From contig CM035360.1 in the NCBI GenBank assembly GCA_020137815.1, forward strand, positions 4,154,001-4,218,000: DNA of 64,000 nucleotides, written 5' to 3'. The position numbers were made by a program, and so were the translations under genes. The stretch is from Hormiphora californensis. Taxonomy: Eukaryota > Animalia > Ctenophora. Under the pieces are notes generated by a model. That model had not been told where the DNA came from and ran no database searches. It was given only the letters and a program-made list of their open reading frames with translations. Numbering within the stretch: position 1 is the stretch's first letter; the number at the start of each line of letters is the position of its first letter. Shown piece after piece: positions 12,783-26,600 of this stretch.

Positions 12783-13333
12783 GGAGCTGGAGGTGTTAAT
12801 GCACACCCAGAGGTGAGAGGGTAACCGGATTCAGCTCATATATATCGAGCATATTGGAAGCAATCTAGCATATTGGTACTTCCATTGGAGGCAATTAGCA
12901 TGAACGTGTTGTGGCAACATACAGCTTCTCTTTTGCATTTCAAATCAAATACGATTTGATACAGTATTTCAGAGCTATATATAGATTTTATTGTTGTACA
13001 CTGCAGTTAACTGCAGTTCATGTTAAATTAATGAAACCGTACTCTTCAAAATTAAATTTCACACAATTCTAGATTGTATCGTACGACGCACGTGTACGAA
13101 CAGTACAAGGGCAGTAGGGCACCCTAATGAAAAATTAAATAAAGTAAAGAGTACAGTAAAACCTCGATTTACCGCACCCTCGATTCAATTTGCGAGTATG
13201 TACATATTAGATTGTACTATTTTTAATAAATTTACTAAGAGTAAATTTAATATTAAATATTTATCATCATAAAATTGAATGGCTAAATAAAAATTTGTAT
13301 TCTTTTTCCTCAATTGAACAAATCAATAAAATA

Positions 13334-14134
13334 CAGTCGGACCCCGATTTAACGGCCCCCGATTTAGCGGCACCCCGATTTAACGGCAGGATAAATTTCC
13401 CCCAAAATTTTTTGAATTTTTTTTGAAAATTTTTTGAAATACCACGTCCGAATCGTGTTTCGAATCGGTGCATCTTATTGCATGTCTTGCCGGTAATTAG
13501 ACGGTTCAAAACGAACAGATATGTGATCCCCATGAGGCCCATCGAATCACAATTTAGACGCTTGTTAAACTGGCCTCATGGGGATCACGTATCGGTTCGT
13601 TTCGAACCGTCTAATTAGCGACAGGACATGCGATAAAATGCACTGTTTCGAAACACGATTCGGACGTGGTTGATATGAACAATTTTCATAACTTTTTTTG
13701 CAAAATTTTACAGAATGATTGTCAATGCTTTGATCGGTGCTTCCCATGAATTTTCAGAGAAAAATATATTTCGAAATTCAAATTCTTCCTCACCCCGCTT
13801 AAAGTGCCCCGATTCTGCATGGTATCACGTATCGGTTCGTCTAATTAGCAGCAAGACATGCGATAAGATGCACTGATTCGATAAACGATTCGGACGTGGT
13901 TGATATAGTACCTTAGAAAATTTTTATAACTTATTTTGAAATTATTTTGAAATTACTTTCTTTTTCTAATCAGAAATGATCATGTAATCAATACATTAGA
14001 GGTGTTTTAATACAGTATTTTGGACAGAATAGGGTTTTGTGGGCCAAACATGCTCTACCCCGATTTAACAGACACCCCGATTTAACGGACAAAACCCTTT
14101 CCCCCGAGGGTGCCGTTAAATCGGGGTCCGACTG
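13334..14134. mobile_element. pogo/Tc1-like MITE family D, long form, TA TSD
   Basis: TA|cagtcggaccccgatttaacgg ... ccgttaaatcggggtccgactg|TA; internal palindrome; near-identical copy at 33497. Confidence 0.9.
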
Positions 14135-14695
14135 TACTTATTTTACCAGATGACTGTGATTTAGAGACCAGGAAGGAAGTTCATGAGGAACGACTATAAA
14201 CTATCTTTCAAAGAAAAACTGCAGATTAAATTACAGGGATCAACTCAACGAGGTAAATTCGACTGGTTTTGTATGCCTGTTTTTGAGTCGCATGACACTT
14301 TTTCCGTGCTCCGCAAAAACAAACTATGAACAATTCAAGCCTGTTTTACTTATAACGTTATAATGCAATTATAATAACAAGCAATAACAAAGCAATTCAA
14401 ACCAGATAAGATTAATTACGATATCAATAGTTTGCCGCGGTAATGTTCCGACTTGGAACAATACCGCGGCAATCTGTTGAACTTAGTTAATACGCCGTCC
14501 GCCGATTCTCTCTCAAGTCAACATTTCGATAAGAATTTAAAGGAGAGATGAGGGCGACTACTCTTAGCGAAGAGAGGAGAGCGAGAGTCGACGGGGAGGA
14601 GGCAGAGAGAGAGAGAGAGATCGAGTTAGCCGAGTATAAAGAGATAGAGAGAGAGAGAGAGAGGGAGATCTTCTCTCGCGTCGGCTCGCTCTCAC

Positions 14696-14808
<113 letters not shown>

Positions 14809-14812
14809 GCTT

Positions 14813-16367
14813 TCACTCTATGTGAAAAACTGTCTGGCGGTGCAAGACCCCGTTGAAGTTGTACGAATTATCTACTGAAACTTTGTAGCTTTGTCGGATA
14901 CTTAGGCGGTTTTTAGAAACACTAGCTGCTGTCTTCATGGTTTTAAGAGTGCTAGAGCTCACCAGAAACAGGGGCACCACACATGAATTGAGATGGAATA
15001 AAAGCCTAACCACATAGTCAAGGCACATTAAGTATGGAGCTTTTAAATTAGTTAGCAATTCAGGATCAGCTGTAAAGACGATAAACACGACCAAAATTGG
15101 TAGGTAGGCCATAAAAAATGAACCTGACGTTAAAGCGGTGACCAGCAACGCCCCTCTTCTTAGTGTTTTTATTTCTGAGCTTGTCGAGATGCCGTTTTTC
15201 AGGTATTTGCTCAAAACACAGTACGTCACCACCAAAATCCCATCGACAGCTAAACTCAACCCAAAGATCAGCCCGTAGAATAGAGAGAAGGACTCTCTGT
15301 ACAGAGTTACACATCCGGTAAACTCAGGGGGAGCCGTGTATCTCGTGGAGACCATGCCTGTTAGTTGAGCAATGATTGAGACAGACACAGAAAGGGTAAC
15401 AGCCGGTCAGAATGATGCCTAATATGAAGCTGCTCCGGGCTATCTTCTTGTAGAAAAACGGTGCTGCCACCGCTACACACCTGCAAATAAAAACCAAGGG
15501 TCAATATTTATGGCTCAAAACTTGTATATTATACAAGTTTTGAGCCATAAAAGTTTACTAGAGTATTATACAATGTATAATACTCTAGTAAACTTTTACG
15601 AGCTCATAGGGTCTATTGTATAGGGAGTACTTTTCTAATATTTTACTCCTAGAAATTAGCGTTCACCGTCCTACCGACCGGCACTGAACCCATGGTAACC
15701 CGGCAGTTGTACTAACCTGTAACCGCAAGTAGAACAAATAGCAAGTGACAGGGCTAGATGGATGGTGTGGCTTGTGCCTATCTGACACCGACACACCCAC
15801 AGCGGCACCTCCACCCATAGGGTCACTGCCTCAGAAAAACACACCAACAGATCCAATATACACAGACCCTGAACGGCCATTAAAAGCCCAAAAAAGGGAT
15901 GTCCGTAGCGTAAAATGTTGAGGTACAGCTTCATGCTTTTCAAATTTACCGGACAAAAACACACAAAACACAGAACATTGATTACAGTAAATATTACTGG
16001 TATTTCAACACTATCAATATTGGCATCTGCAGCTGGGATTGAGTCCCCTGACACTGTGTCCACGCTACAATTCAAAGCTGGAAAGGTGTTGTGTTGCTGA
16101 TATATGACCCAATAATTCTGTTGTCCTAGCAACGAAGGGCTCTGTTACCATAGCAAGGAAGGTTTGAGACTCTATAATTGGTGTAATTTCACCACTCTCT
16201 TGGTGAAATAAATCGGGTATCCCAGGATACCCGATCTCATGTACACTCTCGATCTCAGGTGTTATACTGTTTGATAATAAATCAGGTATCCCCGGATAGA
16301 CTGACTCTTCCGTATGTTTTATATCTTCTGGTTCCCTTGGTGACTCTATTGCAGCAAACTCACCCAT
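14813..16367 (-). pseudogene. Class A (rhodopsin-like) GPCR, two exons (16367-15717, 15480-14813), with two apparent +1 frameshifts (~16138, ~15404)
   Basis: Multiple hydrophobic TM segments; TM2 LCILD; extracellular Cys in VCRCQ; spliced DRY-equivalent GYR|CVAVAAPFFY; TM6 FFMAYLP; TM7 LFHLNSCVVP. Confidence 0.75.
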
Positions 16368-17484
16368 ATCCTAGAGGGGTTAAGATTTTAAACACTGTTG
16401 TCATATATGTAGTAACAAAATTAGCAAAATAATTTTTTGGCGCAGGTTGGTGTCGAATAGTGAGGCACTGGAAAGTGGTATTTGGGATGAAGGAATTGCA
16501 GGGGAGTTATTCAACTCCTATAATTTTTCAATAATTCAAAAACAAATCGCCATCCTCATTATAATAATAATAATCCCTTCCCCCTGGTATCTACTATCAT
16601 AGTAGCTTTCTTCGTAATGTTACAGATTTCTTAGATCGCTAAGGAGACTAGTATTCTTGAAACAGACTAATTGCAGTGAAGCAGATTAAGACAATGTATG
16701 AAACGGTCAACATGAAGAACAAATCGTGCACTTAAATTTTAATGGCGAGAACTGAAAAGTGGATTTAAATTGCTGGTTGCCGGTTGGTAGCGCTATTGCA
16801 AAATGGTGAAACTCTTCTATTTAGCTGCATGGCCTTCGCAAACTCAACTCTTTATAACAAGAATAAATGCATTATGTTTCATAATGCTATGTTTCACCGC
16901 CAACCTTTATTTTCATAACCATCTAATGTGAAGGCGGGACAGACATTTCCGATCATTTATGAATCACTCAAACCGTATAGAACAAATCATTGTGTTTTAG
17001 TAGCACTAAATTGTGCGCCACATTGCGCGGCTCACATCTCCTGAAAACGTGCCATTGAAGTATTTGATGAAGGAGCAACACCGTTGTCCCTCGCAACTAA
17101 TCGGGTTACGTCACGGGACAAAAAAAGCGTGACACTTCACTAGTATGTAAACTTGTCGAATTCTAAACCCCTATGCCTTTTTGCAAAAGGCATCCGGGTG
17201 AATGCCTTCGGCATTCACCCGGGCGGGGAAAAAATCAACGAATTTTTCACGAAAAGGATCCACTCGAGTGGTTGATTCATTGTTTGATAAAAATGACAAG
17301 CATAAGATAAAAGACATGCTGAAGTATCTCCATCCGACGTGGAAGAGATCAAAATATATTCGCGACTTGCTAAGCAACAATTCGTTACGGTAATGGTGTT
17401 CTCATAAGTGAGAATATATGGTGATCATGGACCAATGACAGGCAAGCGCAGCACACTATAATTACAATTTATGCATTATAGTGA

Positions 17485-18082
17485 CTAGTAGGCCCGTTCG
17501 CCCTACGGGCGAATTTCGGGGAAACGGTAGCTGGATTAGGGAACGCTGACATCACCTGCACCATCCGTTCCTAGCCTATCTCTTACTTTCTCCCTATACT
17601 ACCCATGTTGTTGTACGCTCTGGGCTTTCTGACAATGTCAAGGTGCGAATTTAAGAGATCGATGTCAGGGAGGTACAGTGCTGTTCCAGAAACTCATCAC
17701 GTGAAAACTTGGCCGCTATGTAGCCAATTCAGAGATTTTTATATTCGATTGGAGTAATCACCCTTGGCGACGTTGGGTAAAGCTATCAGTAGTCGTTGAT
17801 TGGCTCGCTTGAACACGTTGGCGTAATCTGTCATATTTTCTTGCCTGCTCCCTGACAGCAGCAGTTCTCCTGGACCTAGATAAACGTTGCCGAATAGCGC
17901 TTGGGGTGGAAGAGCTAGACATCAGGACAGAAGTGAAAGAATGCACGTGCAGAATTGAATTTCCCCTTGGTACCCAATTGCAACCGGGAGAGAGTTCTCC
18001 AGGTTCCTCTAATAATTGCACGTGCAAGTGTTATAGTTGCTAGGTGACCTCTGTCACACAATTTGCTTAGTAAGTAGTATGA
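17485..18082 (-). mobile_element. Non-autonomous Helitron, copy 1
   Basis: On the minus strand it ends with hairpin ttcgcccgtagggcgaa followed by CTAG|T; possible A|TC 5' end; homologous to 32706-33333. Confidence 0.75.
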
Positions 18083-20964
18083 TGCTTGATCAGATCAAGC
18101 ATTTTCATTTGCATATAGTGATCAGAAAAGCAAATACTAATTCATAAAGCGCAGAGCGATTTTTGAGGGGGAACACATGGGCTTATTTTCTGGAAGTTCA
18201 ATCGGGGATCCGTAATCCGCCGTGAAACGGTTATGAAAACAACCTAGTTGACTCAACAAGATTTTCAGAACAACAGTGTCTATATAACCCCACAATTACA
18301 AGTGTCAGCTGTATCAGTGATGCTGCAATTGTTCTAAACCCTCCTTTACATTTCCAAGGAGGAAAATGAATGAGAAGGAGGAGAATGAATCACACCACAT
18401 GCTATAGATTTCAAAACATTTAAGGTGTGATCTATTTGCCTCATAAAAGACTGCCCTCTCATAAGCGACATCACGGTCATGCTATAATAGGGCGCATTGT
18501 TGCACATGACTAGGAAATTCATGACTAGGAAAGTTACTTATAGGACAACGATTTATGAACAAAAGAACTCCCTCTATATAATATTAATGTGTTAAATACC
18601 GTGTGGGGCAATAAAAAATGTCCCCCATGTCTACCATAGTTCCAGATATCGTGGAACGCTAAAATTTGGTACAGTAACTCTATGAGACAAATAAATAACT
18701 TGACCAAAATTTCAGACCTCTAGCTCAAAATTCATTTTTTATAGGAATGATCATAGTCATTCATTCCAGAAAAAAAATGCTTGTAGTGCCATTACGGTAA
18801 TGGTGAATACCCTGTAGCATGGCAATAAGCGCACTTACGACGTTCACAATTGGGCTAGATTCGGAGAGGGCAACATAGCAGTCTGAGTGACTGATTCCTC
18901 TGTATTAGCTTGATCATTTGATTTGACTTTTTTAGGAGATGTTGGTTGCTGCTCAGTCGGACAGTCTATTCATTTATTCGTTTCAAGCATATGCAAATGC
19001 ATATGCATACAACTCATATTAGGGTCTGACAGTCGTCAATGACGACTAGTCATATGATCACACCATGTTGTTGCAGCCTCCGTGTATTGGCAGACAAAAT
19101 TGTGCAAAATATCAGCTATCATAGCGCTGGCCAGCGCTCGCGGGACCCAATCCTTCCTCTTCCAACGATATAGACATTCTCAATAACATCCATTTCTATC
19201 TTACAGCTCTACATGAAGAGCTGAGATGCCTTCACTTCCGGAAATATCACAACACCCACTGTAAACAGTGCCTATAGATCCAACATGCCTGATACCTTCG
19301 GATAACGATGACAGTGCCATTTTCCCTGGTCTACTTGACCTTGAAAGTGTGACGACTCAGGGTGGCACTATTCACTCAACCCTTCCCTTACTCAACAAGT
19401 TATTAAGGGGTAACGACTATACTCAAAAGAGAGAGAAAGAGAGAGAGAGAGGGAGAGAGAGAAGCTTTTCAAGTAGTAGTGACAGACTCAGTGTACTTGC
19501 AGTGCAGTGTTTAAGACGCGGACGTTCCAATTGAAGGTTTATTTTGTTAAAAATGATTTTTAATTTTGTAAAAGTATTTAATGCTAATTTCCCACCTTAG
19601 ATAAAAATTTGTCTGCATCGCTAGGAGAAGGCGGGGTGACAACTACAAGGCTACGTACGGACGCGGATTTGTAATTTAAACGGTGCATTTAGGCGCCGCG
19701 CTATATTTATCCCGCGCGGCGCGGGTTTTCGTTACAAATACTTTAGGGTCACCACACTTGGGTGGCATGAGGCCCCTCGGAAATGTTCAAGTCGTGCACA
19801 TTGTCACGCGCAAATCAAAATCAAGTCACGTACAAGTCACGCACTGCATGAGCCGCGCATAAGCCGCGCAAACGTAGAAAGATATGTCGATATGGCCCTA
19901 AAGATTTTTCTCTTTTCTGTGCCCGGGCCCGTGCACACCTTGGGCATGACATTGTGCACGACATTATTCTGGAATTGTGAGTGGTAATCAGTGGTGGTGA
20001 ACAGTGAAAACACTTCAGCGTCCAGCGTGTTTTTTTACAAATCGCTAGGGACGTGCGTGGTGTACCAGGAGTGGTGAATTGTGCAGCCATTCTTATTGTG
20101 TCTCACTCTTCCTTATCTCTTCCTTATCTCCGTGTTCTAACACAGTATACTTATAGCACACCCGCACACGTGTTCATTTTTGTTTCTTTTCTGTCAGACT
20201 TTTAATTAGTTTACTGTCAAACAGACCGCGGTACTTTAGATGGGATCATAGTTACAGTTTGGTTTGGCTTGGGCCGCTCATCTGGGATTGTAAACAGTCA
20301 CAGAGCCAAGTCTCGCCGAACAGGCGAGACAGCATTATAGTGCCGGATCACCCTTTCGGAATCACCGCCAGAATACCAGATCATCTTCTGTCATAGTTAC
20401 AGTGAGGAAGGGTAGAATATTTCACGTGCAAGTTGCAGTTGCACGGTGCAACTCTTACTTGATGTGACACCTTTCACTGTGTTACCTGCCGTGGAGTGTA
20501 CTGTTTTCAGTTTCACCTCGCCTTGCGTTTGCTTGCTCCTATCCTGAATTCAACCTAAAAAACCACCACCAAACATCACTGTGCTTGTGGCAAAATGAAT
20601 TCCATCGAACATTGCCTATCTTGTGGGGGCTTGACATGTTCCCAGTCTGTTGGAAGGCTCAGTGTGAGCTTACGCGAAGTCCGAGGCGCTTTACCTGGCG
20701 AATAGACACCCATCGTGTTATTTTATCACTGTCCTAAGTTCCTAAGTAATTATAGGAGCGTCGCGTACCCCGTTTTTTTTCAGTTTTACTTTTCAGTTCT
20801 ACTTCTCCATCCCGTTTCCGTTTCGTTTCTTGTGGTTAACCAACGTTTTGAACAACATGTTTAACGCTACTAAACAAGGCAACAATTTCCTTTGATTTAC
20901 CATCTCTAACTTGTACAAGCATACTCTTTTCACGTCCAGTGACGATCATGAGACTCCTCAGGAG

Positions 20965-21327
20965 GGTAAGCGGTAAATACTCACTCGGTTCTTCACATTT
21001 TTTGGACGTTTTTGGCCATAACTCAGCCATTTCTTGACCAATTTACAAAATCTTGGGCTCATTGGAAAGAAGACATTAAGAGCTTTCCAATGAGCCCTAG
21101 AAAATGAAAATCGGCGCAAAATGCGCGGCGCTATGGCGAAAACGCGCATTTTACGCCATAACGCCGCGCATTTTGCGCCGATTTTCATTTTCTAGGGCTC
21201 ATTTTAAAGGTCTTAATGTCTTCTTTCCAATGGGCCCAAGATTTTGCAAATTGGTCAAGAAATGGCTGAGTTATGGCCAAAAACGTCCAAAAAATGTGAA
21301 GAACCGAGTGAGTATTTACCGCTTACC
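20965..21327. mobile_element. Near-perfect palindromic MITE (363 bp) with 9-bp TSD, Merlin- or MULE-like
   Basis: cctcaggag|ggtaagcggtaaatac ... gtatttaccgcttacc|cctcaggag. Confidence 0.9.
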
Positions 21328-21416
21328 CCTCAGGAGTACGGATGTTGCAGTTGCTCTAGCGGCATTTTATTCAAATTTGCAAGCAGTAGAGCGCTGTTCT
21401 CTATCTACTTGATATA

Positions 21417-22192
21417 GGGTAAACCGGGGCAATTCGAACAACCGGGGCAATTCGAACATAGTACTGCCCGTCTCTCACCTAGTTAAGCTATCATAATGAC
21501 GTCATCCTATCTCCAGAAGAAAACTGCTCGTTCGAGCCTGCCCGTTACCACTAAATAGGCTCTAGATCCGGTTTAAGTTGGTCAATTTCCGATTTGAAAA
21601 AACCAGCTGAAAGCTAATAATATCAGCTTTCAGATGGTATATAAATTATTTAAATATTCGCATGTTTTCATTCCAAATTCTGGTAAATTAAGATTACCGG
21701 GGCAATTCGAACAACCGGGGCAATTCGAACATGGGCAATTTGGTTAACACACCGGGGCAATTTGGTTAACTCCCGGGCCAATGATGTGCAGTTCTTTGTA
21801 CCACGTGATCACGAGTGATACCGGGGCAATTCGAACAAGAACGACCAGCGTGTAGATTGCGTGTAGATTACATTGTTCGAATTGCCCCCACCTCTAACAA
21901 CACCAGGCGGGAATCTTCTTCTGGTGTTGTGAGGACGTTCACGTGGCTCCCACGTGACGAAATAAAGCACTCCTATTGGTGTTGTCCGAATTGCCCCGGT
22001 ACCATTTTTTCCGACCAAAATTTTTAATTAGTTATTTAGTTAAGTAAATGGGTCCCTAGAGTTGAAATTTATCTTATTTGAAAGATAAAATAATGAACTT
22101 TAATCCTATATAATTTTTTTCATTGTATCTTTTTTTAAATGGGAGTGAGAACCGATTAAGTAAAAAGTTAACCATTTTGCCCCGGTTTACCC
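21417..22192. mobile_element. TA-flanked MITE with internal ccggggcaattcgaaca repeats
   Basis: TA|gggtaaaccggggcaa ... ttgccccggtttaccc|TA; the motif recurs in both orientations. Confidence 0.85.
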
Positions 22193-23620
22193 TAAGCAGT
22201 ATGAGCACCTTCTATCAGTATGCCCGCTTTCCGCGGTGAAACTGATAACAGCATTTCGTCGGAGCACAGACTTCTTTTCTTATTTTCTGAAAAACTTATC
22301 TGATAACTCTTTACTTCCCTATCATACTTCAGAGAAAAATTAAATTCTGCAATAAATTGATTTTCACTGAAAATACCAACGTCACTAAATGTCATTAATT
22401 TGTCTCCTACAGTTAAGATGGGTAATCTTCTACAGCTGCTGAAAAGGGAAGATTCGAATAACTTTAAACTTCCTGATAACGTGTTCCTTGATTTTGAAAG
22501 TAAGAAAAAGAATATCTTGGAATGATATGAAATTAAGTAACCAAGCATTTTCTGTGTCTCGTAATTATACTTTCTAGGAAATATCTACCGCTCTGCACCT
22601 CTATCTTATATCGCTCTCTCCCTTTCTCTCTCTATCTCTCTCCCCTAGCTTTGTATCACTCTCTCCCTTTCACTCTCCCCTCCGTCCCTCATCACGCCAC
22701 TTTTCAGATGCCCCTAGGAGGAGAGAAAAAAAAAAAAAAAAATAGAAAAGATGTTACTAGTGAGGGAGGAAGAGAGAGAGAGGAGAGGAGAGAGGGAAAG
22801 AGAAAGCAGAGAGGAGAGAGGAGCGAGGATGATGAGATGGGATACAGGAAGAGAGGAGAGATAGTAAATAGTTAAAAAGTTCTAATGGGATACTACTAAA
22901 CGGGGGAGGGGAGGAGCGAAAGAGGCTACTCAGGTCGAGAGCAAAGCCAGCAACCAACCAAGCATTGACCTGATGAAAAACATGCGGAGAGAGTGGACCC
23001 AACGCGTAACTGAGGATGATGGGGGAAAGTGAAGGAAGAAGAGGCAGATCAAGGGCTGTAGGGGAATCGTGATGATGATATATTCGAGCTCTCTACTCGC
23101 TCTATTATATATCTATCTCTCATCATCTATCTCTCTCTCTCTCTCCTCTCTATAATCTATCTCTTACGATTTCTCTATATCTATCGTCCTCTTAACGGCT
23201 GTTATCTTTCTAGTCTTATGCCTCTCGCTCAATAAAATATCTGACAATCCTCTCTTTTTCTATCTACTTTTCTCAGTCTTCCACTCTTTCTTCCTCATTC
23301 TCTCCCTTTCTCGCTCGTTTTCTCTTTTCCCAAACCCCTCGGAAGATGCCACGCATGGTTGGCCAATGGCCATGGTCTCTAACGAAAGAGATAACTTTCT
23401 CTCTAAGATAGAGAGATATCTTAGAGAGTCGCTAAATGGGTGAAGTCGGAAGTGATTAAATATTTATCGAACCAGACGCAGAACTAGACTCTCTTCTTTT
23501 AACTGACACTGACAATTCAGCTCAAAAACATAAAAACAAGATCGCACAATTAATTTATCAACAAGCCGATATAATATCTCTCTCAGCAAAACAGTAAAAC
23601 AGTAAAACACACTTAAATAT

Positions 23621-26600
23621 CTACACAGAAGCAGTTTTCAGTTCGAAAGTTAAAGTATCAGGCGTATCATCAGAGAAGTTCGAGTTGACGATTACATCCC
23701 CCTGATGATGCTCTCTTATCTTATTACCTTCTAACTCCTCGTCATAAAAAACATCGGCAATTTCAGAGTCTGGCTCGGAATGAAAGCTGGTTTTGCTAAG
23801 GTCTGTTGCTGACCGGGAGGACTCGTCACCATCATCATGCTCCTCCGGAAGGGGTGCATCCTCTTTTTTGTGTGATATAAAGAGTTCTAATTTCACTTTC
23901 GTGCCACCATTGGACACCTTCCTGGAGGTGAGGGTGGTACGATTGTTGACACTCAGCATAGAGCTCGCCCGGCTGCTCGGAGCTCCTACTCTGCAACTAG
24001 GGTTCCCTATAAAACTAGTATCGAAATACTGACTTCCCTCACTTCGGAGGGTACTGCCACCCGTGAAAGCGGATAACTTGCTTGAGATATGGTCCTTTTC
24101 AGAGGTAGCGTCTCTGTTATAGCGTTTTAGTATCACAAGTTTGGGGGCTATGATGGTGCACCAGAAGGACAGGATGATGATATAGATCATGATAGCTCGG
24201 AGTACGGATTTAATCTTCGGTGGGGAGAGTTCGTAGCCTGTCATGAACATGGCCGCTGAGCTCAGTGATATGAGGGTAGATGCGAATATACTGGTAGTCT
24301 CCCTGAAGTTGTGCGGGAATCTCCTCATTATGAAGGCGAAGTAGAGGGCTATGATGAAGAATGTGCATGGTAGGAAGAGGGGTAGAATGGAGAGAATGGT
24401 GTTTGTGGTACACATGTAGTACAGTTCATCGTGTTTTTCTTCCTGGTACCGTTTGAAGGTCCACCCCTCGTACATTAGCACCACAATTAGAGACAGAATC
24501 CCATTCACCAGGAATATCGAGATGTTCACCACCATTTGGCCTCGGCGGGTGCAAAACGCCCCAAATTTGGGCTTCCTGAAGTTGTTTGCCGCAGTGAAGA
24601 TAGTATAGATCTTTAGGGCTCTCATACCCAGACTGGAGGTGACCAGGGTCAGGGCCATAATGCTAAAGAGAAACTCACACCTACACATTAGGGCGGACGG
24701 TTTCATGAGGGTGAAGGTGACTCCGACAGTGCCGAACAGCAGCCCAAAAAGGAACGTAACAAGGAATACCGGATCGGCTGCTTTTATAACCGGTCTCTCG
24801 CTCAACTTGATACAAATACTCCCAGAGAATATAATAATGATGGCATTGAAAACATTCCCTATAAGTCCAGCGATCACATACGGATCTGTAATCATGAGAT
24901 ACTCCTCCTCCACCGGTTCGCATTCTGTCCTCTCCAAATTACTCAGTTTCTCTGCTTCACATTCTGTGCAGGTATTAGAGTTGGTTGAGTTGTTAACCCA
25001 GTTCATGGGACACTCATGACACTCCCAGAAACAATTCAAATTGGAATCCAGGAAGAACCTGTTGTACCCAGGGATGCAATCAGGTGACCAACTGATGGCA
25101 GACTCTGGTGCTTGGAATGGTGGGGGAATGTCCTTTTCTGTAAAGTCACTGAAGAGATAGGAGACATACCCCGCTGTATAGGTAAAGAAGTTGCTCCCGA
25201 CCACACTGTACATCAAGATCTCGTAACCACGAGAGTAGGCCCGGTCTGTGAACCTGATCTGGTAGTTCGTCCCATCATATTCTTCGCTCACACCGTACCG
25301 GTTAATCTTCTCCACGACAGCGTCCCGAAGCTCCATGATACACGTCCAGCCTTCATCTGGGGTCCATGCCAGTGCGTTCCGGACCCCCTCAGCGAGGGAT
25401 ATGGTAGAGGCTGTGACGTAGCCTACCCAGCTGGTTACAGTGGATGTCGTGGGCCTGTTGCTCTTTGCATCCATCCACCTGAGAGATATATCTGGTTAGG
25501 TGTCTCCATGGGGAGATGGGATATCTTGTTAGGTGTCTCCAATGGGGTACACAGTACACACTGTGTAGTGTGTGTACACATGGGGTACTGGGGTACTACC
25601 GGGAGATATATCTGGTTAGGTGTCTCCATGGGGAGATGTGATATATCTGGCTAGGTGTCTCCATGGGGAGATGGGATATCTGGTTAGGTGTCTCCATGAT
25701 GGGGTACACACTGTGTACACATGGGGTACAAATGTACAATACACGTGCAATCAGCAGAAAACGAGCAGCGCACGCCCCCTTTACCTATTAGATCCCCATT
25801 TTACATAAATAATCCTTCAATTAGTAGAGCCCCCAAATTTGCCCAGCCAAATAAATAACCAACACGAAACGGACAGTATGAAACCTTGCTATATGTTTCT
25901 ACTATCGAGAAAGAGGAAGAGAGAGAGGAATTATACATGCACTAACATGAACAGGGAGCTACAAAGAACATGCAGAGAGAGAAGCACTTACAGATCAACT
26001 AAAGCTTCGCTTAGAACTCCCCTTAACTTAGTTTCATTATGAAGGACATCATTGAACTCAGTTGATTCCACATTCAGGAAGTCACTGTGAAAGAATATAA
26101 AGGTGTTGTTTGCCGTACTGTTCTCATTTATCTTCTCCAAGTAATCAACGATATATCGGTCTCGGCCGTTGCTGAAGCCAAATATGAACGTCTTGCCCGT
26201 CCATTTCCTTTCGTTTATTGCCTCGTTTATAAAGTTTATGCCAGAATTCTTATTGTTGAAGAGGAGAAGATGAACCTTGGCTTCAGGAGCTGAAACGATG
26301 GTGATGTTGATTCTACTTATCGAACTGTTTTTAGTGTGCATTGATCCACTTATGTATCTTGTTTAAAGGAGCAGAGGGAAAATAAATTGTGCCTCTTACC
26401 ACTGTCCTCGGTGTAGATTTCGTCGAATAGTTGTGTTATGTTGTCGTTTACTTTGCTGGTGGTGGCATACTCAAATATTCTGCCACAACCGACTGTCTGC
26501 AAACACGCGGGAGGTGAATAAAAAGTACATAAAACACAAACAAACCCACTCTAAGAACCTATCAGAGCTGTGTTGGCCTGACATCTAAGATTACAAGAGA

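Noticed and set aside
21420-22000. Interspersed 17-bp repeats resembling a CRISPR array
   Set aside because: Irregular spacing, both orientations, inside TIRs, eukaryotic context and no cas genes.
22192-22548. 118-aa minus-strand ORF
   Set aside because: No recognisable motif or convincing splice context.
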